From Acutalibacteraceae bacterium (GTDB taxonomy: Bacteria > Bacillota > Clostridia > Oscillospirales > Acutalibacteraceae), in contig JAZUNX010000051.1 in NCBI GenBank assembly GCA_045604385.1, forward strand, positions 1,501-65,500: a stretch of 64,000 bases of DNA, written 5' to 3'. Each line of letters opens with the position of its first letter. The first letter of the stretch is position 1. The translations under genes were made by a program, and so were the position numbers. Of the stretch, positions 28,255 through 36,925 are shown one piece after another. The notes under the pieces were generated by a model, which was given only the letters and a program-made list of their open reading frames with translations, did not search any database and was not told the DNA's origin.

Positions 28255-28520
28255 GGTTACGGTAACCGAAACCGATAAGGTTTAACAGGGAATGTTTCCG
28301 CCCTATCTGCGTTAAAAGGCTTGACAATACGCAAGTATTGCCTTGTGAGGATGGCAAAAATCTTCTCGTGTTAAACTTTGAAGAAGCTAAAATGCCCGAG
28401 TTATAGTGCATTTTAGGATTTCTTCGACGAAACAATACTCGCGTATTGCGAGGAGAAAAATTATTAAAGGTGCTGTAAATCGGACGTTTAAGGCTTATTG
28501 GGTTCGATTGCCGTCACCTT
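28253..28520 (+). repeat. Copy 2 of the ~270-nt structured repeat (between clpP and clpX)
   Basis: Starts within the clpP TAA and ends 17 nt before the clpX ATG (SD AAGGGG directly after it). Terminal arms AAGGTTACGGTAACCGAA... / ...TTCGATTGCCGTCACCTT. Confidence 0.8.
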
Positions 28521-28537
28521 AAAAGGGGTAGTTATTT

Positions 28538-29833
28538 ATGGCAAGAGACGGTGACATCAAAGAAAAAAATGTAAGATGTTCCTTTTGCAACAAATCCCAG
28601 AGTGATGTTAAAACATTGATTGCAGGTCCCGGTGTATACATCTGTAACGAATGTGTGGCGCTTTGCAGTGAAATCGTTGAAGAGGAAACGGACAAAACAG
28701 CAGGTAAAAGCGAAAATGATTTTGCATCACTGAAAAAGCCGAGTGAAATAAAAGCTCTTCTTGACGAATATGTTATCGGACAGGATGAGGCGAAAAAAGC
28801 GCTCAGCGTTGCGGTTTACAATCATTACAAAAGAATATATTCGGGTAAAGACAGTCCCGTAGAGGTAGGTAAGAGTAATATTCTTATGCTCGGCCCCACA
28901 GGTGTAGGTAAGACAATGCTTGCTCAGACTCTTGCAAGGATACTTGACGTACCTTTCGCGATAGCCGATGCTACCACTCTCACAGAGGCAGGTTATGTTG
29001 GTGAAGACGTTGAAAATATTCTTTTAAGGCTCATTCAGGCGGCAGATTTTGACGTGGAAAGAGCGGAAAAGGGTATTATCTATGTTGACGAAATTGACAA
29101 AATCGGCAGAAAGAGCGAAAGCACATCCATAACAAGAGATGTAAGCGGTGAAGGCGTTCAGCAGGCACTTCTGAAAATATTGGAAGGTACTGTTTCCAAT
29201 GTACCTCCCCAGGGTGGCAGAAAGCATCCTCAACAGGAATTCATTCAGATTGACACTACAAACATCCTCTTTATCTGCGCAGGTTCCTTTGAAGGAATTG
29301 AAAAGATAGTTGAAAAGAGAATGGGTAATTCAGGTCTCGGCTTCGGTGCATCCATAAAAACAAAGAGTGATTTCGAAAGCAGCAAGATAATGCATAAGGT
29401 TGTCCATCACGATCTCGTAAAGTTCGGACTTATTCCCGAGCTGGTTGGACGACTTCCTGTCATAACCGCTCTCGATAATCTTGACGAAGCGGCGCTTGTA
29501 AGAATTATGACGGAACCTAAAAATGCACTCGTCAAGCAGTATCAGTACCTTTTCGGCATTGATGATATTGAGCTTGAGTTTGACTTTGATGCCCTTAAGG
29601 CTATTGCTGAAAAGACACTTGAAGCCAAAACAGGCGCCAGAGGTCTGCGTTCAATAATGGAAAAATTGCTTCTTGATTATATGTATGAGGTTCCTTCCGA
29701 GGGCACCTTCGGTAAGCTTCTTATTACAAAAGAAGCCGTTGAGGGCACGGAAAAGGCGATGATTGACACTTTTGAAGGCTCGGAAGGTAAACATTTCCGT
29801 CTTCCTCAGTCCAAACGTAAAAAATCTGAATAA
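28538..29833 (+). CDS. clpX: ATP-dependent Clp protease ATP-binding subunit ClpX
   Basis: Zinc-finger CSFCNK...CNEC. Walker A GPTGVGKT. Walker [10 protein letters not shown]. Confidence 0.95.
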   Translation: MARDGDIKEKNVRCSFCNKSQSDVKTLIAGPGVYICNECVALCSEIVEEETDKTAGKSENDFASLKKPSEIKALLDEYVIGQDEAKKALSVAVYNHYKRIYSGKDSPVEVGKSNILMLGPTGVGKTMLAQTLARILDVPFAIADATTLTEAGYVGEDVENILLRLIQAADFDVERAEKGIIYVDEIDKIGRKSESTSITRDVSGEGVQQALLKILEGTVSNVPPQGGRKHPQQEFIQIDTTNILFICAGSFEGIEKIVEKRMGNSGLGFGASIKTKSDFESSKIMHKVVHHDLVKFGLIPELVGRLPVITALDNLDEAALVRIMTEPKNALVKQYQYLFGIDDIELEFDFDALKAIAEKTLEAKTGARGLRSIMEKLLLDYMYEVPSEGTFGKLLITKEAVEGTEKAMIDTFEGSEGKHFRLPQSKRKKSE

Positions 29834-29837
29834 TCTA

Positions 29838-29867
29838 TTGACTTTTTGTTCAGTGTTGTGATAAAAT
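29838..29867 (+). promoter_or_regulatory. Candidate sigma-A promoter for secG
   Basis: TTGACT, 18 nt spacer, TAAAAT with TGa upstream. Confidence 0.4.
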
Positions 29868-29898
29868 ACCATAGTATAAAAATTTGGAGGTCGAACAA

Positions 29899-30150
29899 AT
29901 GACAGCGCTTCAGTATGTATTATCAATTGTAATTATAATTGTTTCCGTTATCATCGTTGCTCTTGTTATGTTACAGGAAAGCAAGCAGAGAGGTCTTTCC
30001 GGCACTATTTCAGGTGCAGGTGATACCTTCTTCGGTAAGAATAAGGGCAGAACAATGGAAGCAAAACTTGCAAAGTTTACAAAGATTGCAGGCACAGTTT
30101 TCTTCATCCTTTCACTTGTGTCTTCATTACTTGTTCTTTTCGGTGTTTAA
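29899..30150 (+). CDS. secG: Preprotein translocase subunit SecG
   Basis: ATG at 29899 with GGAGG RBS. Two TM helices flanking a QESKQRGLSGTISGAG loop. Confidence 0.8.
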   Translation: MTALQYVLSIVIIIVSVIIVALVMLQESKQRGLSGTISGAGDTFFGKNKGRTMEAKLAKFTKIAGTVFFILSLVSSLLVLFGV

Positions 30151-30187
30151 TAATTGCACTTAAAGAGAAAACTAAAAAATCAAAAGT

Positions 30188-30220
30188 ACGGGTTTCTGAA
30201 TAAGATTCCCGTGTTTTTTT
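30188..30220 (+). terminator. Rho-independent terminator
   Basis: ACGGG ... CCCGT followed by GTTTTTTT. Confidence 0.55.
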
Positions 30221-30310
30221 ATTTTTTTAGTAAAGAAATTCAATATATAATTTACAATTTTAAAACAATGTGGTATAATCTACCTAACATTTAAGAAAGA
30301 AGGAAAAAAT

Positions 30311-31219
30311 ATGGAAATTTCTACAGTGATTATTTTCATCAAACAGGTAATCTCAACCCTTTTGACACTTCTTATGATGATGTCACCTGCCTTTGGGGGT
30401 AACGGGGCCGCTTATACGGCAGAAAAACCCGAAGAGCTTATAATGAGCTTTTCAGCAGTGTCCGATACTCATGTGGAAACAAACAACCCTGAAGCTTATA
30501 AGGCCTTCTATGATTTGCTTGAAGGTGTAAAGGCAGGAGAAAATCACGATGCCGTTGTTTACCTTGGCGATAATGTTATGAACGGTCAGATTGTCGAAAA
30601 CATCTTTTTCTATGCCGGTGTCAGAGCTGTATTACCGTCAGAAAACAATTTTGTTGCTGTGGGTAATCACGATTTGGGTAACGGCGAGGGCGACTATGAA
30701 AAATTCCGCAATAATTACCTTTTCAACAACGCATTCTTTTTAGGCAACAGATTGGAAAAAACTTATTATTATAAAGTTGTCAACGGTTGCTATATGATTT
30801 TTCTCGCCTCTGAAGCACTTTCGGTCAATGAGTGTGTAATGAGTGAAGAACAAATTTCTTGGCTTGAGGGCGTTCTTGATGAGGCGGCAGAGGCTGATGC
30901 TCCCACTTTTGTATTCAACCATCATCCCATTTATCAGCTTAAGGGTGTTGAATACGATTCACTGGCGAAACTTCTCAGCGGTTATGATAATCTTTTATAT
31001 ATTCACGGTCATATTCACGATGAACTCGGTGCCGACAATTTCAAAAATCAGGGTGGAGTTGATACCATTAATCTTCCACGTTCAACTGAAGTCGTTGACT
31101 ACGAGCCCGGTGACGGCATCGTTGTTGAAGTTTACGAAGACGAAATCCTTGTTCGCGGAAGAGATTTCATCAAGGGCGAATGGATTGACGGTCTTGAATA
31201 CAGATATGCTGTCGGCTGA
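30311..31219 (+). CDS. Membrane-anchored or secreted calcineurin-like metallophosphoesterase
   Basis: N-terminal hydrophobic segment. SDTHVE, GDNVMNG, GNHD, NHHP and GHIHD motifs. Confidence 0.65.
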   Translation: MEISTVIIFIKQVISTLLTLLMMMSPAFGGNGAAYTAEKPEELIMSFSAVSDTHVETNNPEAYKAFYDLLEGVKAGENHDAVVYLGDNVMNGQIVENIFFYAGVRAVLPSENNFVAVGNHDLGNGEGDYEKFRNNYLFNNAFFLGNRLEKTYYYKVVNGCYMIFLASEALSVNECVMSEEQISWLEGVLDEAAEADAPTFVFNHHPIYQLKGVEYDSLAKLLSGYDNLLYIHGHIHDELGADNFKNQGGVDTINLPRSTEVVDYEPGDGIVVEVYEDEILVRGRDFIKGEWIDGLEYRYAVG

Positions 31220-31236
31220 TGTTTATATTGCATTTT

Positions 31237-31269
31237 ACAGCACTCCTTTCGGAGTGCTGTTTGCTTTTT
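31237..31269 (+). terminator. Rho-independent terminator
   Basis: ACAGCACTCC-TTTC-GGAGTGCTGT followed by TTGCTTTTT. Confidence 0.7.
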
Positions 31270-31334
31270 CTTTACCTTTACAAAGCAATAAATTATACAT
31301 TTTTGCATAATATGTTTCAAAACAGAATAATAGA

Positions 31335-31363
31335 TTGACAAAGATATTCTTTCGTGTTAAACT
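31335..31363 (+). promoter_or_regulatory. sigma-A promoter for the E2-like gene
   Basis: TTGACA, 17 nt spacer, TAAACT with TGt extended -10. Confidence 0.5.
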
Positions 31364-31414
31364 GTGAAAAATGGTTTTTTCAAAAAAATACTAAGGAGCG
31401 GACGGTAAAAATTA

Positions 31415-32356
31415 ATGAATAAATTTAAAAAATTCGTAAGTGAAGTTACCCACGGCCCCGTTGAAGGGGATAAAATAGAATATTTTAACCTTAAAGCAAA
31501 GATTTCGGGTAATGTCCTTACTAATGCCCAGGATATGCCTACTCCCGGCTATACCTATGATGCTGATGTTACGAAATTCTGGGAAGAGTTCCGTAAATTT
31601 AAATCAGAATGTGATTATAATCTTACCTTCAATGATCTCATGATGCGTGCTATGGTTGAAGGACTGAAGGTTGCTCCCAGACTTAATTCTTACATAGAAT
31701 ATAACCGCCTTTGCACCACAGGTAAGCTCGTTGTCAAAAAGCACGTTGATATTGCAGTTCCCATTCTTCTTGAAACAGGTGAAACCTTCCCTGTCAAAGT
31801 GCGTGCCTGCGAAGAAAAGAGCCTTAAGGAAATTTCACTTCGCACCGCTGAACTTGCAGAACTTGTAAAAACAAGTGATGTTGACCGTGTTCTTTTTGAT
31901 ATGATTATGAAAAGAACTGTCGGTTTCATTATCAAAGGAAAACTGCTTTCCACCGTTGCACAGACCGTAGCGGGCTATGTCGGTAAGGGCAAAGTTGCCA
32001 CAGTTAAGGGCATTTTCGAGCATGCGCCCCGCGGAGAAGGGTGTCTTTCACCCGATGACCTTGACGAAGGTACCGTATGTCTTACAAATTTAGGTGCGGT
32101 AAATAAGTCTCTTAACGGCAGAGTGACCAATGCTCCTCTTCTCTTTCCACAGGTATTTCTTATGGCTGTAGGCGTGGCAAGAGATGAAAACTATGTTTAC
32201 AAAAACGAAAAAGGTGAAATCGAAATGGGTACAAAGAAAGTTCTTCCCATTACTATCACCTTTGTCCACAGAGTAGGCGGTTTCGGCGATATTCTTCCTT
32301 ACATCAAAAAGCTTGATGAAATTTTTGATAATCCCGAAGTTATCAGAGAATGGTAA
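31415..32356 (+). CDS. Stand-alone 2-oxoacid dehydrogenase acyltransferase (E2) catalytic-domain-like protein
   Basis: 313 aa. C-terminal ITFVHRVGGFGD aligns with the E2/CAT DHRxxDG region (His kept, Asp replaced by Val). No lipoyl or E1/E3-binding domain. Monocistronic, with its own promoter and terminator. Confidence 0.55.
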   Translation: MNKFKKFVSEVTHGPVEGDKIEYFNLKAKISGNVLTNAQDMPTPGYTYDADVTKFWEEFRKFKSECDYNLTFNDLMMRAMVEGLKVAPRLNSYIEYNRLCTTGKLVVKKHVDIAVPILLETGETFPVKVRACEEKSLKEISLRTAELAELVKTSDVDRVLFDMIMKRTVGFIIKGKLLSTVAQTVAGYVGKGKVATVKGIFEHAPRGEGCLSPDDLDEGTVCLTNLGAVNKSLNGRVTNAPLLFPQVFLMAVGVARDENYVYKNEKGEIEMGTKKVLPITITFVHRVGGFGDILPYIKKLDEIFDNPEVIREW

Positions 32357-32370
32357 AAGTTAACAGCTAT

Positions 32371-32401
32371 GACTGTCGCTTGATAGCGACAGTCTTTTTT
32401 C
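32371..32401 (+). terminator. Rho-independent terminator
   Basis: GACTGTCGC-TTGATA-GCGACAGTC followed by TTTTTTT. Confidence 0.75.
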
Positions 32402-32486
32402 TTAAATAAATTATCGTAATTATATTGAATTTAAAGAGTGTTTTTGATATACTTAAAAAGGAATTTTATAACAAAGGAGACATAAT

Positions 32487-33197
32487 ATGGATACTTTACA
32501 GCAAATCAAAGAACAGATATGTGATGTCTGTCATAAAATGTGGCAGCTCGGCTGGGTTGCGGCAAATGACGGTAATGTCAGCGCAAAGCTTCCTGACGGC
32601 AGAATTGTTGCCACACCTACAGGAATCAGCAAGTCTTTTATAACTCCCGATAAGCTTGTTATTCTTGACAAAGAAGGCAATATTCTTGAAGCCGAAGAAG
32701 GCTACCGTCCCTCAAGTGAAATCAAAATGCACCTTCGTTGCTACGATAAAAGAGAGGACGTTTTCAGCGTGATTCACGCCCATCCTCCCGGTGCTACAGG
32801 TTTTGCTGTAGCTCATAAGGCGATGGATATGTACAATATGATTGAAGACGTTGCCGTAATCGGTTCCGTGCCTCTCACTCCCTACGGCACACCCTCCACC
32901 TCGGAGGTTCCCGATTCCATCGAGCCTTACCTTGAAGAACATGATGTAATGCTTCTTGAAAATCACGGTGCACTTGCTGTGGGCAGTGATGTTATTACTG
33001 CTTTTTACAGAATGGAAAGTCTTGAACTCTGGGCAAAGATTACAATCAATGCAGTTATTTTGGGCGGAAGCCACGATATAAGCAGAGAAAATATCCAGAA
33101 GCTTATTGACCTTCGCGGCTATTACAGAGTTACGGGCAGACATCCCGGTTATAAGCTTTTCAACGGCGATGACGAAATGCTTCACAAGAAAGATTAA
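32487..33197 (+). CDS. fucA: Class II aldolase, L-fuculose-phosphate aldolase-like
   Basis: Class II aldolase/adducin motifs (HAHPPGATGFA, ENHGALAVG). First gene of the fucU-fucK-fucI cluster. Confidence 0.7.
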   Translation: MDTLQQIKEQICDVCHKMWQLGWVAANDGNVSAKLPDGRIVATPTGISKSFITPDKLVILDKEGNILEAEEGYRPSSEIKMHLRCYDKREDVFSVIHAHPPGATGFAVAHKAMDMYNMIEDVAVIGSVPLTPYGTPSTSEVPDSIEPYLEEHDVMLLENHGALAVGSDVITAFYRMESLELWAKITINAVILGGSHDISRENIQKLIDLRGYYRVTGRHPGYKLFNGDDEMLHKKD

Positions 33198-33208
33198 GAG
33201 GTGAAACT

Positions 33209-33646
33209 ATGCTTAAAGGAATATCACCCCTTATTTCTCCCGAACTTCTTAAGGCTCTTGCCGAAATGGGACACGGAGATGAGCTTGTAATCGCTGACGG
33301 TAATTTCCCTTGCCACAGTGTTGGTAAAAATTCAATCGTTATCCGTGCTGACGGACACGGTGTACCCGAAATTCTTGATGCGGTGCTTAAGCTTATTCCT
33401 CTTGATACATACACGCAAAAGCCCGTTGCTCTTATGGAGGTTGTGAAAGGGGATACCTGCGGTACTCCCGAAATTTGGGGTACCTATGAAGAGATACTTT
33501 CAAAGCACGAGCCCGACCATCACGATATTGATTATACGGAGCGCTTTGCTTTTTACGAAAGAGCGAAGGGAGCTTATCTTATCATCGCCACAGGCGAAAA
33601 GGCTATTTATGCCAACATTCTTCTCAAAAAGGGTGTGGTAAAATGA
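33209..33646 (+). CDS. fucU: L-fucose mutarotase (RbsD/FucU family)
   Basis: MLKGISPLISPELLKALAEMGHGDELVIADGNFP is typical of FucU. Confidence 0.8.
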   Translation: MLKGISPLISPELLKALAEMGHGDELVIADGNFPCHSVGKNSIVIRADGHGVPEILDAVLKLIPLDTYTQKPVALMEVVKGDTCGTPEIWGTYEEILSKHEPDHHDIDYTERFAFYERAKGAYLIIATGEKAIYANILLKKGVVK

Positions 33647-35055
33647 AAACAGTTTTAGCCTTTGACTTCGGTGCATCCACAGGTAGAGCCATAAAGGCTG
33701 TTTTTGACGGAAAAGAGATAAAATACGAGGAAATTCACCGCTTTGAAAATATTCCCAAAACCGTTAACGGACACGTCTGTCACGATGTTGATATGATAAT
33801 CGGCGAGGTAAAATCCGCCATTGAAAAAGCAGGTGAAGTTGACTCTTTAGCCTTTGACACCTGGGGTGTTGACTACTCTCTTTTAGATAAAGAGGGAAAA
33901 ATTATCCACGAGCCTTACCATTACCGTGATGGGAGAACAAAGGACGCTCTCGAAATGGCTTTCTCCAAAATGAGCGCAGAAGAGATTTATGCCGAAACAG
34001 GCAATCAGATAATGAACATCAATACTCTCTTCCAGCTTATCTGCGATGAAAATAAGGACAAGGCAGACAAAATTTTATTTATGCCCGACCTGTTCTCTTA
34101 TCTGCTCACAGGTAAAAAGGTTTGTGAAACCACCATCGCTTCCACCTCACAGATGCTCAATCCCTTAAGTAAAAAGTGGAGCGACAAGGTGACGGAGTGC
34201 TTCGGTATCAGTAAAGACCTCTTTCCCGAAATATGCCCGAGTGCTACCGTTAACGGAGATTACAAGGGTATACCCGTTGTAAGTGTGGCGGGTCACGATA
34301 CCCAGTGTGCCGTGGCGGCTATGCCCACAAAGAGTGAAAATGCCGCCTTTCTTTCCTGCGGTACCTGGTCACTTATCGGCTGTGAGCTTGACGAACCCGT
34401 TATGACAAAGCAGAGTAATGCTCTTGAGCTTTCCAATGAAGTGGGAGCCAACGGAAAAATCAATTTCCTTAAAAATATCAGCGGTCTGTGGCTTATTCAG
34501 GAAACAAGACGCGACCTTGCAAAGACTGACCGCAAATATTCCTATAACGAGCTTGAAATGATGGCACGTGACAGCGAAAATTTCAGAAGCTTCATCGATC
34601 CCGATGCTCCCGAGCTTTCTGCTCACGGAAATTTACCGGATAAAATAAGAACTTATTGCAAAAACACGAATCAGCCTGTTCCCGACACTATCGGTCAGGT
34701 TGTAAGATGTATTTATGAAAGTCTTGCTCTCAAGTACAGACTTGCTCTTGAGCAGATTACCGAATGTACAGGCAAAAATTTTGATGTGCTTCACCTTATG
34801 GGCGGCGGAACAAAGGACGGTTTTTTGTGTGAGCTTGCCGCACAGAGCCTCGGTATACCTGTCATAGCAGGACCCATTGAGGCAACCGCTTTGGGCAATA
34901 TTGTTCTTCAGCTTATAGCACTCGGTGAAATTGAAAGCATCGAAAAGGGCAGAGAGATTATTGCTGAAACGGAAAAGGTTAAAAGATACGAAGAAAAGCA
35001 TACGTCCGATTGGGATGAGGCTTTCGAAAGATTTTGTAATATAATTAATAAATAA
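33643..35055 (+). CDS. fucK: FGGY-family sugar kinase, L-fuculokinase/rhamnulokinase type
   Basis: LAFDFGASTGRAI N-terminus. 470 aa. ATGA overlap with fucU. Context between fucU and fucI. Confidence 0.7.
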   Translation: MKTVLAFDFGASTGRAIKAVFDGKEIKYEEIHRFENIPKTVNGHVCHDVDMIIGEVKSAIEKAGEVDSLAFDTWGVDYSLLDKEGKIIHEPYHYRDGRTKDALEMAFSKMSAEEIYAETGNQIMNINTLFQLICDENKDKADKILFMPDLFSYLLTGKKVCETTIASTSQMLNPLSKKWSDKVTECFGISKDLFPEICPSATVNGDYKGIPVVSVAGHDTQCAVAAMPTKSENAAFLSCGTWSLIGCELDEPVMTKQSNALELSNEVGANGKINFLKNISGLWLIQETRRDLAKTDRKYSYNELEMMARDSENFRSFIDPDAPELSAHGNLPDKIRTYCKNTNQPVPDTIGQVVRCIYESLALKYRLALEQITECTGKNFDVLHLMGGGTKDGFLCELAAQSLGIPVIAGPIEATALGNIVLQLIALGEIESIEKGREIIAETEKVKRYEEKHTSDWDEAFERFCNIINK

Positions 35056-35075
35056 ACATAAAGGAGAAAATTATT

Positions 35076-36860
35076 ATGTTATATCCTAAAATTGGCATAA
35101 GACCTACTATTGACGGACGCTGGGGCGGTGTAAGAGAAAGCCTTGAAGCACAGACTATGGGTATGGCTGAAGCCGCCGCAAAGCTTATCAGTGAAACTCT
35201 TAAGTATCCCGACGGCACTCCCGTTCAGTGTGTAATTTCCGATACTACAATCGGTGGCGGTGCAGAAGCCGCAAAATGCGAAGAGCAGTTTTCCAAGGAA
35301 AATGTAGTAGCTACCCTGACCGTAACTCCCTGCTGGTGCTACGGCTCCGAAACCTTCGATATGAACCCGAGCACAATCAAGGCTGTATGGGGCTTCAACG
35401 GCACAGAAAGACCCGGCGCGGTTTATCTTGCCGCTGTTATGGCTGCTTATGCACAGAAGGGACTTCCTGCATTCTCAATCTACGGCAAAAACGTTCAGGA
35501 TATGGACGACAAGACCATTCCCGAGGATGTAGCAAAGAAAATCCTTTCCTTTGCAAGAGGTGCTGTGGCAGTAGGCTGGATGAAAAATAAGGCTTATGTT
35601 AACCTCGGCGGTATTTCAATGGGTATTGCAGGCAGCTACTGTGACGCTTCTATGTTCCAGAAATACTTCGGCATCCGTGCTGAATGGGTTGATATGAGTG
35701 ATATTATAAGAAGAATTACTCTTGAAATCTATGATAAGGACGAATATGAAAAGGCACTGGCATGGATCAAGGCTAACTGCAAGGAAGGCTTTGACGTAAA
35801 TGCAGGTAAAAACCTTCCTGAAATCATCAGAAAATCAAAGGTAGTTCCCGCTGATAAGGACTGGGAATTCATAGCCAAATTCTCCATCATCGTAAGAGAT
35901 ATTCTCTACGGTAACAAAAAGCTTGACGAGCTTGGCTGGCACGAAGAAGCACTCGGTAAAAATGCCGTTGCAGGTGGCTTCCAGGGACAGAGAAACTGGA
36001 CAGACTGGCTTCCCAACGCTGACTTCACCGAAGCTATTATGGCTTCCACCTTCGACTGGAACGGCCCCAAGGCTCCCACACCCTTTGCCACAGAGAACGA
36101 CACTCTTAACGGCGTGGCTATGATGCTCGGTACTCTCGTTTCAGGCAGTGCTCCCTGCTTCCACGACGTTCGTACATACTGGTCTCCCGAAGCCTGTGAA
36201 AGAGTTACAGGCTACAAGCCCGAAGGCAAGGCAAAGGACGGCTTTATACATCTTATCAATTCAGGTGCTACTGCTCTTGACGGCAGCGGTGCGGCAAAGA
36301 ATGATAAGGGTGAAGGCTGTATGAAGCCTTTCTGGGAAATGACAGACGAGGACATCAAGGCTTGTCTTGAAGCCACAGACTGGTGCAGAGCAAACTATGA
36401 ATACTTCAGAGGCGGCGGATTCTCAAGCCACTTCCGTTGCAGAGCAGAAATGCCAGTTACAATGCTCCGCGTTAATATTATTGAAGGCATCGGCCCTGTT
36501 ATGCAGATTGCAGAAGGCTACACAGCAGACCTTCCCGATAATGCACATACAACAATCGACGTAAGAACAGACCGCACCTGGCCCACAACCTGGTTCGCTC
36601 CTATTCTTACAGGCAAGGGTGCATTCAAGGATGTTTACTCCGTAATGGCTAACTGGGGTGCAAACCACGGCGTAACCGTTTACGGTCACGTGGGTGATGA
36701 CCTTATTACACTCGCTTCAATGCTCCGTATTCCCGTAAATATGCACAATGTTCCTGAAGACAGAATCTTCCGTCCTCACTCCTGGGCAGCCTTCGGCACA
36801 GAAGACAGCCAGAGTGCAGACTATAAGGCATGTGAAAAATACGGACCTATCTACGGCTAA
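35076..36860 (+). CDS. fucI: L-fucose isomerase
   Basis: 594 aa. N-terminus MLYPKIGIRPTIDGRWGGVRESLE is typical of FucI. Confidence 0.9.
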   Translation: MLYPKIGIRPTIDGRWGGVRESLEAQTMGMAEAAAKLISETLKYPDGTPVQCVISDTTIGGGAEAAKCEEQFSKENVVATLTVTPCWCYGSETFDMNPSTIKAVWGFNGTERPGAVYLAAVMAAYAQKGLPAFSIYGKNVQDMDDKTIPEDVAKKILSFARGAVAVGWMKNKAYVNLGGISMGIAGSYCDASMFQKYFGIRAEWVDMSDIIRRITLEIYDKDEYEKALAWIKANCKEGFDVNAGKNLPEIIRKSKVVPADKDWEFIAKFSIIVRDILYGNKKLDELGWHEEALGKNAVAGGFQGQRNWTDWLPNADFTEAIMASTFDWNGPKAPTPFATENDTLNGVAMMLGTLVSGSAPCFHDVRTYWSPEACERVTGYKPEGKAKDGFIHLINSGATALDGSGAAKNDKGEGCMKPFWEMTDEDIKACLEATDWCRANYEYFRGGGFSSHFRCRAEMPVTMLRVNIIEGIGPVMQIAEGYTADLPDNAHTTIDVRTDRTWPTTWFAPILTGKGAFKDVYSVMANWGANHGVTVYGHVGDDLITLASMLRIPVNMHNVPEDRIFRPHSWAAFGTEDSQSADYKACEKYGPIYG

Positions 36861-36867
36861 AATTAGT

Positions 36868-36900
36868 TCTCCTATACTCTCTTTGTGAGGGTATAGGAGA
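36868..36900 (+). terminator. 10-bp hairpin after fucI (terminator or processing site, no clean U tract)
   Basis: TCTCCTATAC ... GTATAGGAGA. Confidence 0.35.
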
Positions 36901-36925
36901 CTGTGTTATTAAAAGGAGTAAGAAA

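Noticed and set aside
28406-28522. A 38-codon reading frame inside the structured repeat (GTG..., VHFRISSTKQYSRIARRKIIKGAVNRTFKAYWVRLPSP*). It has a similar frame in copy 1 (5012 onward, ...RRKIIRGAVNRTFKAYLIRLLSP...) and sits near a conserved GAGGAG motif.
   Set aside because: - Copy 3 has a 1-nt length difference early in the frame (GTGCATTTGGGTTTTCTTCG versus GTGCATTTTAGGATTTCTTCG). The same frame there stops after 19 codons.
- No ATG, GTG or TTG follows the GAGGAG motif at a usable distance in any copy.
- The peptide-level similarity is explained by nucleotide conservation of the repeat.
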